A DNA stretch of 64,000 bases, from the IMG/VR virus record IMGVR_UViG_3300029288_000082, positions 64,001 through 128,000 of that record; one strand, 5' to 3'. The notes beneath the pieces were generated by a model. The model saw only the letters and a list, made by a program, of their open reading frames with translations, was not told the DNA's origin and searched no databases. The DNA is from a virus (lineage: Duplodnaviria; Caudoviricetes). The position numbers and the translations under genes are program-made. How positions within the stretch are numbered: the first letter of the stretch is position 1; each line of letters starts with the position of its first letter. This document shows positions 17,222-26,596 of the stretch, piece after piece.

Positions 17222-19459
17222 CTAATCCTCCACTGTCAAGTGCCCGTGGCACCACAGAACATCTCCTTGTGTCCATGTCCGAATTTTCGAGACTGCCTGC
17301 ACATGGCATCCCCATTCATCTGGCAATGTAGCCAAAACACTTCCGGTTGACCAATCCGGATTACCCGGAGGATTTTCTGACTCCGAGTCAATGAACACGT
17401 TGATTGTGCTCGGAGTGGTAGCATAGTGAGAATGCCACGTCACACCCTGGCAAGCAGTCTGGACTCCAGGTGCTCCCATGGTAAAAGGAGCTAAAAGAGC
17501 CCACCCGAATTTCACCTCCTCGTATGTGTCCCCATCCACCTCCATGCAAGAGAACGACTCCGGGCCAGCACCACTGGTTTGCCCAATCTTCCACTCAGTC
17601 GTCCAATCATCATCTGCCCACGGCACTGCCGTTTCGTCCAAGTGCTTCTTGCACACGATCATCCCAAACGGATAAATTTTAACCTTGATGGCATCGAACC
17701 CAGCAAGATCCCTGGTCCACAGTCCGCTGACCCCTACACTCGGGTCCCAGGAGCAATTGGAAGCAAAGTACGTTCCGTATTGTGACATATACCGACGAAA
17801 GCGAGGAATGCCAGCGCCGAGTGGCGTTGCCTGTTCGTATAGCCCCATCTCGCTCGCATCCGCCGCCATCGGCTGGATCTGGTGATGAACATCATCGCCT
17901 GTGTCAAGGTTCCATCGCAACGGGGTACCACCAAGAACAGAATAGTTGTTCCCCACGCCAAAGGTCGAATCCCACCCCGTCACGATATCCCACGTGGTCG
18001 GTGACGCCGCGATCTTGCTAGCGCAGATGATCGCCCCGCTGGACGTTCCTCCCCGCAGGAAGAAGGCCAGCGTCGTGAACGCAGCTGCTCCAGTCCCAGC
18101 CCGCACCGTCAAGCCCCCCGCCTCGATGTAGCCGCCGACCAGGATGGCGAGCCCCTGCGTGTTGTGCCAATAGATGGAGCATGTGCCCTTGGTCACGTTG
18201 GCGTCCAGCGTGACATTGTGCGACCGCCACAGCAGCACCCAGTCCGCTGGGGCCGCCGTCGGGTGGATCGTGCGAATGCGATCATTGATGAACCCGAGGA
18301 GCGCCGCCAGCTGGGTCTCCAACACCCCCCCAGCCAGCGCCGACGGCGTCCCCGCCGCTGCGCGCGCCGCTACCTGCACCGCATGCCCCACCACCTCGAT
18401 ATCGCCCACCGGGAACGCCCCCGCTGGCGCGTTGTCCAGCGTGAGCAGCGTCTGCTTCTTGTAGCAGAGCAAGCGCAGCGTCCCCGTGAACGCCACGTCC
18501 ACAGTCGCCGCGAAGCTGATCTCGACCCACGGATCCTCGTAGAACCCCTCCGCGTCCGCGTCGGCCGACGGCGTCAGCAGCGTGATGCCGTCCGTCTGGT
18601 ACACGTCCCCCACGCGTAGCAGCCCCGCATCAGATCCCAGCAGCGGAGCGTTCTGCGTCGCCGTGCTGTGCAGCAGGCGGAAGTGCTTCGCCGCCGTGCC
18701 CACCGCCCCGGTCCCCACGAAGTACAGCCCGCTGAGCTGGAACTGAGTCACGCCTACCAGCCCCGCATAGGTCTCCACCGTGGGCTCTGCGAACGACCGC
18801 ACATCTTCACCGCTGGCTGCCCCAGTTCCCAGGCACCACTTGGACACGCTGTCGAGCAGACCCCAGAACTCGTCGCCTTCCACCAGATCACCTGGCGTCT
18901 GCCGCGCCGTCGGCGATGGCAGCGACCGCCGCTCATACATGCCCGCCAGCGGCCACAACGCGAAGTCCGGGAAGATCGTCGATCCCATGGGCATCGGGAT
19001 CGCGCACAGGATAACCGCGTAGGGATCGTAGTTCAGCTGAGCAATATCGTGAGGGTCCGTGTTCTCCACGCGGTAGTGGGCCGTGGTCGTGTTGTAGGCA
19101 GAGTAGTCCGCCACGATGTAGACGTACCACGTCTCATCGGCGGGCAGCCCCATCGGAGGGAACAGCGCCGCGCAGTCGATCTCCACGTCCATGGTCTCGC
19201 GCACCGACACAGCGAAGCCCCGATCCCGATTGGCGTAGACCGCGAACTGGTCCTCGTCCACGTGGTGGGGGGGCGTGTATGGGTCGATCTGCAACCGCAG
19301 CACGGTGTCCGCCACCAGCCGAGGAAAGACCCAGTATCCGCGGTAAGCCCCGCGCGGGTGCGCCAGCGCGCGCTCGTTGGCGCCATCCGTGACGTACTTC
19401 TCGCGCCACGCCAACTTGATCTTGCCCTCGTCGATCAGCACGGGGATAATTCCAGCCAT
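17222..19459 (-). CDS. Tail fibre / baseplate-attached protein
   Basis: 745 aa in baseplate cluster, lower-GC 3' third. Confidence 0.6.
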   Translation of the reverse strand: MAGIIPVLIDEGKIKLAWREKYVTDGANERALAHPRGAYRGYWVFPRLVADTVLRLQIDPYTPPHHVDEDQFAVYANRDRGFAVSVRETMDVEIDCAALFPPMGLPADETWYVYIVADYSAYNTTTAHYRVENTDPHDIAQLNYDPYAVILCAIPMPMGSTIFPDFALWPLAGMYERRSLPSPTARQTPGDLVEGDEFWGLLDSVSKWCLGTGAASGEDVRSFAEPTVETYAGLVGVTQFQLSGLYFVGTGAVGTAAKHFRLLHSTATQNAPLLGSDAGLLRVGDVYQTDGITLLTPSADADAEGFYEDPWVEISFAATVDVAFTGTLRLLCYKKQTLLTLDNAPAGAFPVGDIEVVGHAVQVAARAAAGTPSALAGGVLETQLAALLGFINDRIRTIHPTAAPADWVLLWRSHNVTLDANVTKGTCSIYWHNTQGLAILVGGYIEAGGLTVRAGTGAAAFTTLAFFLRGGTSSGAIICASKIAASPTTWDIVTGWDSTFGVGNNYSVLGGTPLRWNLDTGDDVHHQIQPMAADASEMGLYEQATPLGAGIPRFRRYMSQYGTYFASNCSWDPSVGVSGLWTRDLAGFDAIKVKIYPFGMIVCKKHLDETAVPWADDDWTTEWKIGQTSGAGPESFSCMEVDGDTYEEVKFGWALLAPFTMGAPGVQTACQGVTWHSHYATTPSTINVFIDSESENPPGNPDWSTGSVLATLPDEWGCHVQAVSKIRTWTQGDVLWCHGHLTVED

Positions 19460-19469
19460 GGTTCTGCTC

Positions 19470-21917
19470 CTAGCCTAGCGTACTGCGCGTCACGCGGAAC
19501 GTCCAGCGCACGTCGCCGTAGGTGATAGCCCCAAACCCCTCGGCGCGCACGCGCACCCCGTCCACCTCGTCGTCCACGGAATCCGTGATGTCGCGATCAA
19601 CCCACCCCGCGACTGGATACCACGTCACGGGATCGTTCACCCCGCTCTGCACCGGCAGCGCGCCCGTGTCCACCGTCGGGAAGACGGCCCCGCCCCCGAT
19701 CTGGAGGATGCGCAGCCGATGGCCGTTCCCGGGCGCAGCCAGCTCGCCGCGCTGCTCCATGGTCAGCAGCACGCGCCCAGAGATCCCAAGATCCAGGAAC
19801 TCCCCGCCCGTGAGCACCTTCTCGGAGAGCCGCCCCGCCAGCATGTCCAGCATGGTCAGGTCCCACTCTGTGGTGACCACCCACTCGGCCACGCGCGCAT
19901 GGATGGGCAGCAGCTTGTCCTCGATCTTGGCCTGCAGCCGGGCAATGGCCACCTGCATCTCCGCATCGGTCCCGTAGTGGTCATACGCCTGGGCCTTGGG
20001 CTCGATGAGCACGCGCACGCGGTACGACCGGCAGTAGCAGCAATCCCCCTTGTCCACCTCGGGCCAGTACCGCACCGCCACGTGCGCCCCAGGCCCCGGC
20101 ACCGTCGCGCCCACGCCCGTGCCCACGATGACCGTCCAGCGCCCCACGTCCTGGTCCGGGAATCCCGGCACAGGCGCCGTCACGGTCCACGCCGCATCCT
20201 CGTAGTCGATCCAGTACACCTGATCGTCCAAGGCGGGCGGCGTCACCCCGTGCTCGTAGACCGTCAGGCCGAAGTTGCCCCGGCGGAAGCTGAACGCATC
20301 CGCCTGGCAGCGCATCATCTCCACGGTCACGCGGTAGCCCGCTGCCAGGTTCATCGACGCTGCCTCGGTCGCGGAGAGCGCATCCGCCGCGATGATGATC
20401 GCGGGCGTGCGCGGCAGCGGGTCCACCTCCGACACCTGGCCGTAGTATCCCTGCGTCACGTCCAGCGCGAAGGCCAGCCCCACCGACATGCCGTCGGTCA
20501 TCGCCGCGTCCTCGTACAGGTAGGCCCGGTCCGCCAGCGTCAGCCACGCCGGAGAGGGGAAGAGGATGGGGTCGTGGTCGAACGTGTCGTAGTACTGCTC
20601 GTCGCCACGGATGTCGTCAAACCGCAGCGACCGTGGCTCCAGGTCGGTGTACCACGTGCCCCCGTACTCGAACACGTGCGCCGCGGGCAGCATGGCGGCC
20701 AGGTCCGCGTCGCAGATGTGCCAGAGCCCCTGCACGACCACGTCGAACAGGCTGATCTCTCCACGGATGCGATAGGCGTCCTGCGCCCCCTTGCATCCGA
20801 AGTACTGCCACAAGTGCGCGATGGCCGCCCGCTGCCTATCCTCCGGGTCGTTGCGGTCGTTGTCGAAGCCGTAGTCCTTGGCTAGGTGATCCAGCACCCG
20901 CGGAGGCATGAACTGGAGGTAATACCCCCGCGCCAGCCAGTGCGCGGTCATCGGCACGTCGTAGATCGAGTAGACGCCAAGCAGGCCCAGATCGGGCACC
21001 AGGGTCCCCCCCAGGTAGTCCACGGTCCCCAGCGGATTGACCAGATCAAGAGCAACTGGGTTCATTGGATCCACCGCGCGGTAAAGCGTCCCAGTATCAG
21101 GCGTCGGATCGGGAACGTCGTAGAGCCGCAGCGGGCCTGCATCCGTGAGGATATCGAGCACGATGGCAGCACCCAGAGCGGTGCCCGTGGTGTTCGACCG
21201 CAGCCGCACCAGCGGCCCTGGCAGCGTCACCGGGGGCACTGCCGTCCCGTCCCCACGCCCCACCGGGACGCCAGATCCGAAGACACCAGCGTCCGTGGCC
21301 GCGTTGCCAGTCACAACCCACCCCGCCGGCCGCTGGAATGGCAGCGCCAGCTCGCCCCCCTGCACCCACACCTCGTTCGCCAGCGAGCGCCCCGCCGCGT
21401 AGATGGCCGCCTGATCGAAGCTCCGCGTCCGCACCAGAGCGACCTTGTACTCGGTCGGATCCTCCGCCCCCGTCACATCGTCAACCGCTGGGATCGTAGT
21501 GCGCCACCAGCGCGCCGTGCTGCTGATCGGAGCGTAGGGGTACCATGGGTAGCGGTCAGCAGGCCCGACCGGCGCAGCCAGCGGGTCGCCCGTGTTGGGC
21601 ATCTGGGAAAAGTCCGCCTCCCCGATCAGCCTCGTCACGCTGCCCCACACGTCCGACGCCCAGGCCCGCGCCTCCCCCACGTAGAACCACTCGGACTCCG
21701 TGCTGTCCGCCCGGGCCTCGTAGGGGTCCCGCTGGATCGGCAGCTGCCCGATGGCCCCCAGGAACGCCTCCAGCTCGTCGCCGTAGATGCCCAGGAGCTG
21801 CTCCAGGTAGCCATGCGCGTCCAGCTCCCGCTGCTGGATGGGCACGTTGTCCCAGAGCACCCGGCGGCCCCAGAACCCCTTCCCGAAGAACCCGAACCCT
21901 GGCTCGCTCCAGCTCAA
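19470..21917 (-). CDS. Baseplate wedge protein (gpI/gp7-like)
   Basis: LDHLAKDYG..RQRAAIAHLWQYFGCKG and KLLPIH motifs; position after J-like gene. Confidence 0.6.
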   Translation of the reverse strand: MSWSEPGFGFFGKGFWGRRVLWDNVPIQQRELDAHGYLEQLLGIYGDELEAFLGAIGQLPIQRDPYEARADSTESEWFYVGEARAWASDVWGSVTRLIGEADFSQMPNTGDPLAAPVGPADRYPWYPYAPISSTARWWRTTIPAVDDVTGAEDPTEYKVALVRTRSFDQAAIYAAGRSLANEVWVQGGELALPFQRPAGWVVTGNAATDAGVFGSGVPVGRGDGTAVPPVTLPGPLVRLRSNTTGTALGAAIVLDILTDAGPLRLYDVPDPTPDTGTLYRAVDPMNPVALDLVNPLGTVDYLGGTLVPDLGLLGVYSIYDVPMTAHWLARGYYLQFMPPRVLDHLAKDYGFDNDRNDPEDRQRAAIAHLWQYFGCKGAQDAYRIRGEISLFDVVVQGLWHICDADLAAMLPAAHVFEYGGTWYTDLEPRSLRFDDIRGDEQYYDTFDHDPILFPSPAWLTLADRAYLYEDAAMTDGMSVGLAFALDVTQGYYGQVSEVDPLPRTPAIIIAADALSATEAASMNLAAGYRVTVEMMRCQADAFSFRRGNFGLTVYEHGVTPPALDDQVYWIDYEDAAWTVTAPVPGFPDQDVGRWTVIVGTGVGATVPGPGAHVAVRYWPEVDKGDCCYCRSYRVRVLIEPKAQAYDHYGTDAEMQVAIARLQAKIEDKLLPIHARVAEWVVTTEWDLTMLDMLAGRLSEKVLTGGEFLDLGISGRVLLTMEQRGELAAPGNGHRLRILQIGGGAVFPTVDTGALPVQSGVNDPVTWYPVAGWVDRDITDSVDDEVDGVRVRAEGFGAITYGDVRWTFRVTRSTLG

Positions 21918-21930
21918 TAGTCACCTCACA

Positions 21931-21950
21931 CAGCGAACACGTGTTCGCTG
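21931..21950. repeat. Palindromic site, copy 4 (20-bp perfect)
   Basis: CAGCGAACACGTGTTCGCTG directly after a stop codon. Confidence 0.9.
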
Positions 21951-22478
21951 CTACACTCCGCCACGGGTGTTCCCTGACCCAGGCGTCACACTGGCATCCG
22001 ATGATCTCTTCTTCCACAGACAGAAAAACTCGATCTCGCAATCCGTATCCGCGTCCACTGTCACGTGGAACCCAATGGTCGCACTCGCCTCCTTCTTCGG
22101 AGAAGCCAAAACAGGACAAAGGACAGACGCAGGAACCGTCACGTCTATCACGTCATACCCAGCCTTGTCCGCCAACGATGCTGCTACGCCGGTCAGGTCC
22201 GTCTTGGCAAGAATAGACCCCGCCAGCACGCCGCTACAATCCGTGCCAACTGCCGTATCTGTCAGATCCGCCGTACCGCCAAGACCACCGATATCCCATC
22301 CACACCCAGAAACGGTAACAACCTGCGAAGTATTCGTAAACACTCCCCACAACCCAACGATTTCCACAGACCCGACTATATCAAAGCACTCATAAATGAG
22401 CGCCCCGCCGATAGCATCCCCTACCGCAACCGTTTTCGTTGACTTGTAGACAGGATCCGCTTCTGGATAGTACGTCAT
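21951..22478 (-). CDS. Hypothetical structural protein
   Basis: 175 aa, GAGG RBS, lower GC. Confidence 0.55.
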   Translation of the reverse strand: MTYYPEADPVYKSTKTVAVGDAIGGALIYECFDIVGSVEIVGLWGVFTNTSQVVTVSGCGWDIGGLGGTADLTDTAVGTDCSGVLAGSILAKTDLTGVAASLADKAGYDVIDVTVPASVLCPVLASPKKEASATIGFHVTVDADTDCEIEFFCLWKKRSSDASVTPGSGNTRGGV

Positions 22479-22490
22479 GGCTCTACCTCG

Positions 22491-22823
22491 CTAGATGATG
22501 AATACATCTGACCCGTCGGTCTGCAATGTCACCGACGCTCCGTCCACGTTGATGACCAAATCCAAGGCGGACCCCTCTATCAATTCCCCAGCCTCGGTCG
22601 CTACTGTAATGTTGTTCAACGACGCATTCATCCCGCTGTCCTTAACGGTGATCGTGTTCCCGCCCTTAGCAATCCACGCGGACTTCAGGTTGATCGTCAC
22701 CGGAGCCGTTGCCGTATGGCTAACCAACAGCGTGGCCATGCGGTCATCCGCCAACACGTCATAGGAAACCGCTGCAACATCGTAGTGCTCGTTGCGGATA
22801 TATCGCTGTCCACCTCGCTCCAT
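22491..22823 (-). CDS. Small fibre-module protein
   Basis: VTINL...ITVKD..G.AS.NNITV...IEG...LVIN module also seen in 10026..11183. Confidence 0.6.
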   Translation of the reverse strand: MERGGQRYIRNEHYDVAAVSYDVLADDRMATLLVSHTATAPVTINLKSAWIAKGGNTITVKDSGMNASLNNITVATEAGELIEGSALDLVINVDGASVTLQTDGSDVFII

Positions 22824-25800
22824 TAGAACGCCTCCACTTCTGGGTCAATCACGTTATATCCGTCCACAATCAGATTCGTCACCGTAGCACCAATGTCGAT
22901 GCCCAACCGGCAATGCGCCATCTTGATGTCCATCCCACCACCACCGGAATCGGTTATAGATGGGTTAGCACCAGGGGTAGTTTTCCGAATCGTGCAATCG
23001 TATAGCACGGCGGGTGCGGTGTCGTCGTACAAATCAATCACTGGAAAATCACCCAGCATGATAAGTGTACACCCAGATAGCTTATTGGAACTACCAAGGT
23101 GCCAGACATCTGTACCAGTACGAGTTGAACGGTAACATCTGATAAAGGTACACTTTTCAGCGCCACCAACCCCTCCAACCCGCGAACCCCAGCAATCCTC
23201 CCCGCCAACACAATCAGTGTACACCCCGTTGCATGAACCTGGGACAGCCGCACCGCCAGAACCGAAGGAACGTTCACCCGCAGTACACCGAGTAACGCTG
23301 CCTTTGACCGTACAACACGCAACAGAATCAGCGGTAACGATGCACGATCCAAACGACCTAACCCCGGCGTGACAATCAGTGGCGACCCCCTGGAACGCAG
23401 CCGTAACACCAGCAGGGGGGTTATTAGTCACACCAAAGCACCCGTCACCCCCTGTAACCCTATTCAGAATAGCGTCACATAGCGCGTTGTTATCAACCGA
23501 CGTACCGAAACATCCGTCCCCTCCAATGGTGTCCTCTATCGTCCCGCTGCAAGTTCCAGGGCTACTTGCACCATATCCAAAGGAATAATCCCCAGACTCG
23601 CAATGCTTGGCAGTTCCAGTAAACGACGCTGATGCGGGTTGCACAGTAGCAGCACCAAAGGAATAAATCCCAGCAACACAATGATCCAAATCGCCGCTAC
23701 AAAGCATATCATACATCGTAGAATCATCAGCACCGCACCCAAAGCAACGCTCCGTTCCGATGCAGTCAGACGCCTCTCCGCTGAAAGTGCTATGCCCATG
23801 TTCCGCATATCCGTAACTGTAGCCACGGGCCTCACAATCTACCATTGTCGCGGAGCACTCCGCGTTTCCACCAGTTCCAGGAGGAGCGCCGGTCAACACA
23901 GAAACACCAAACGCATAGTTGCCTGGAACAACACATCGAGTCAGCGTCCCAGCACACAACACATTTCCACCATTGCTCGCAACACCAAAACTACATGTGC
24001 CAGCAACACAGTCCATTGCTGTACCATCAAACGTTGCCCCCACATCTGGACCTGAAGACGCGCCAAAGCTCAATGAACCCGCTGTACAATTCTTGTAAAG
24101 CCCAGTAGCAGAACCACCATAAATGAACCCGTTCAAGTCCGTGTGGCAATCGTACCATGCAGATGAACACGACACCCCCATAAGCATCACCGCATAAGGC
24201 GGCGATACACCGGTCCCACGGAAGAACAACTCCTTGAACACACTACTAGGACTATCCTTCCGCATCAACAAACAAGCCTGTCCAGGAGTAGTAGCTATTT
24301 TCAAAATGCCGATCCGCTCCATGCGACCGCTATCAGCATCCCACCCCAGATCTATCCCATCAGGCACCAAGATCCTGGTCGAAGGTGTGCGAGCATCCCC
24401 GGACGCCTCCAGCACAGGAGAACTCCCCGCGCCGACAACCGACACATACTCCTGATCCAGATCCTTGCTGGCACCCATAACATAGGTTCCGCTCTGCAAC
24501 TCAATGGTGAGCATGTTCGACGCGCTAAGTGCGACGCCTAACGAAACCCAGTTTGGAGCACAATCATACGTGTGCTCGAACAGCCTCCACCCTGCTGTCG
24601 GATCGGAGGACAAATCCAACGACGCAGGAATCCTGACGCAATCGTGCGCTGAACGGTATTCGCTTTCCCCATTCCACCAGCCGCGACCGTAGGCTCCAAG
24701 ATTATCCAACGTGAAACCGACGAAAGACAGCCCACCGAGATCGGGACACGCCATCGCCATGGTTACGAGTGACGACTCATCGAAGACGATCGCGTTGCAA
24801 GTCGTGTGGTACTGTGCATTGACACTAGGATCCGGACCCATCCCAAAGTAACTGTCGATCAGAGCCTTCGACCGATGGATCACCGCGCCCCTGACGTTTC
24901 CGTACCCGCCATCAACCCTACCGTAAGCGTACGGATTCCCAAAGATGTCCCTGTCAAAGTTTGCGAAGTACTCGCAGTCCTCCATCCAGTTGATCCTGCA
25001 CACCCCACACATGAACACTGACGACCTCGCGGCATAGATATCGATACGGTTATCCTGAAACCACCCACCAGGAACGTCACTGGTGTCAACGTGCGCACAG
25101 ATCCACGAATGGTTCCCACCGTCATCTTGCGCTGGGCTGTCCTTCAAATAGAGTTTCATGACCCTGGTGGCGTCCAACTCATCGGCAGTTCCGCTGGCGT
25201 CGTTGAAAACATAGAAGCTCTCACGGACAGCGCCATTGATCTCCACGACATGAAAATCCGGCATCGGGAAACCGCAGCCTGCGTTCGCGTTCTGAACCTG
25301 TATACTGCCATCAACCAGCCTGAACCCTTGCGGGTAATTGTCATCATGAATCTTCAACCCCGGTTCCCATCCCACAGATGGCTTGCGCACAAATCTGACC
25401 GTTGGCGCATCCTTGTCCGTAGCCAGCCCGTAGGTATTCCACAGCTGAGGATCAATCGTCCACATGATGGCATTTGGCGTGGACAGCCGACAGTTGTCCC
25501 CCGTTATCGTGATGTGCATCCTCTGCGGAAGATACGTTGCCATCCCCTCGGCGTACACTCCGGGAGCAAGGTGGAACGTGAGGGGCTGCAAGAACACTGC
25601 AACATCCAACGGCCCAGGAATCGGTTGCGCATCACACGCCGCTTTGAACGTCTGGTACGGCTTCCCGATGGACCCGTCCCCCGTCACATCATTCCCGTCC
25701 ACAGCGTCCACGTAGATCTCGCCGTTGCCGGTGATGGCCACGCTGCCTGTGATCGGCACCCACGCACCGTTCATCCGCCCCACGAACTCGTTCGTCGTGG

Positions 25801-25948
25801 TGCTGTAGTACCATGTCCCATCGACGGGCACGCCGAGGCCGTCCTGCGTCGAGTCCCAGCGGTTGGCCAACACGAACGCCGTCGCCGCAGCGTCATCCAC
25901 GAGGTTGCCGAGGAAGTTCTTGTTGCCGTAGGGATCTTGAAACGCCAT
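22823..25948 (-). CDS. Tailspike-like beta-helix protein with Cys-rich repeats
   Basis: IYVDAVDGNDVTGDGSIGKPYQT motif, then many C-x-(A/G)G-x-x-(S/C)FG repeats. Confidence 0.7.
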   Translation of the reverse strand: MAFQDPYGNKNFLGNLVDDAAATAFVLANRWDSTQDGLGVPVDGTWYYSTTTNEFVGRMNGAWVPITGSVAITGNGEIYVDAVDGNDVTGDGSIGKPYQTFKAACDAQPIPGPLDVAVFLQPLTFHLAPGVYAEGMATYLPQRMHITITGDNCRLSTPNAIMWTIDPQLWNTYGLATDKDAPTVRFVRKPSVGWEPGLKIHDDNYPQGFRLVDGSIQVQNANAGCGFPMPDFHVVEINGAVRESFYVFNDASGTADELDATRVMKLYLKDSPAQDDGGNHSWICAHVDTSDVPGGWFQDNRIDIYAARSSVFMCGVCRINWMEDCEYFANFDRDIFGNPYAYGRVDGGYGNVRGAVIHRSKALIDSYFGMGPDPSVNAQYHTTCNAIVFDESSLVTMAMACPDLGGLSFVGFTLDNLGAYGRGWWNGESEYRSAHDCVRIPASLDLSSDPTAGWRLFEHTYDCAPNWVSLGVALSASNMLTIELQSGTYVMGASKDLDQEYVSVVGAGSSPVLEASGDARTPSTRILVPDGIDLGWDADSGRMERIGILKIATTPGQACLLMRKDSPSSVFKELFFRGTGVSPPYAVMLMGVSCSSAWYDCHTDLNGFIYGGSATGLYKNCTAGSLSFGASSGPDVGATFDGTAMDCVAGTCSFGVASNGGNVLCAGTLTRCVVPGNYAFGVSVLTGAPPGTGGNAECSATMVDCEARGYSYGYAEHGHSTFSGEASDCIGTERCFGCGADDSTMYDMLCSGDLDHCVAGIYSFGAATVQPASASFTGTAKHCESGDYSFGYGASSPGTCSGTIEDTIGGDGCFGTSVDNNALCDAILNRVTGGDGCFGVTNNPPAGVTAAFQGVATDCHAGVRSFGSCIVTADSVACCTVKGSVTRCTAGERSFGSGGAAVPGSCNGVYTDCVGGEDCWGSRVGGVGGAEKCTFIRCYRSTRTGTDVWHLGSSNKLSGCTLIMLGDFPVIDLYDDTAPAVLYDCTIRKTTPGANPSITDSGGGGMDIKMAHCRLGIDIGATVTNLIVDGYNVIDPEVEAF

Positions 25949-25965
25949 AGCGTCGTCCTCCTAAA

Positions 25966-26586
25966 TCAGATCACGCTCCAGGTCATCGCGCCGTCGATGT
26001 TCATGTAGATGACCCCGGTCAATGTATCACGGTAGGGCGTGCCCGCCAGGGCCGTCACCACCCCGTTCGGGTTCCCCGCGCCCGTCATCCAGCCTGATCC
26101 ACCCGTCGCCGGGAAGGCGAACAGGGTTGTAGGCGTCAGCAAGTCCAGCCGCGCACCGTTGAACCACTGGATGGTGTAGTCGTCGTTGACCACGCCGAAG
26201 ACCATGCGCGAGGAAGAGATTTCCGTCTGGCTCACGTCCAGCTCCCACTGGACGGCCTGGGGACCCACGGCACCGGGCTGCAGGTCGGCGCAGATGAGAC
26301 CACCCCGCACCAGCGTGAGGTCGTTGGGCCCAACTGAGATCTCGACCTGCAGCGTGCGCGAGATGAAGATGGCAGAGTCCACCTGGGTGAACGTCCAAGC
26401 TCCCGGCGCGTTCGTGACCTCGACGGTCGGAAGCTGCCGATGGATCAGTGTGAGGTGCTCCAGCAGCGCAAACGCCGTCGCATCCGCCCCCTGGGCGAAG
26501 GTGCCGAACAGCTGCTGCCACTTCTGCCAGTCCGCGTTCCACGGCGGGATCGGCCACTGGAAGCGTCCTGTGTACTCGTTGGCCAT
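25966..26586 (-). CDS. Baseplate/fibre-associated protein
   Basis: C-terminal GAGNPNGVVTA..GT.YRDT..G..Y motif typical of fibre connectors. Confidence 0.6.
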   Translation of the reverse strand: MANEYTGRFQWPIPPWNADWQKWQQLFGTFAQGADATAFALLEHLTLIHRQLPTVEVTNAPGAWTFTQVDSAIFISRTLQVEISVGPNDLTLVRGGLICADLQPGAVGPQAVQWELDVSQTEISSSRMVFGVVNDDYTIQWFNGARLDLLTPTTLFAFPATGGSGWMTGAGNPNGVVTALAGTPYRDTLTGVIYMNIDGAMTWSVI

Positions 26587-26596
26587 CCTCGTCCTC

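Noticed and set aside
20668-20683. Further partial palindrome copies (here and near 16921)
   Set aside because: Only one half-site matches and both are intragenic, so likely chance.
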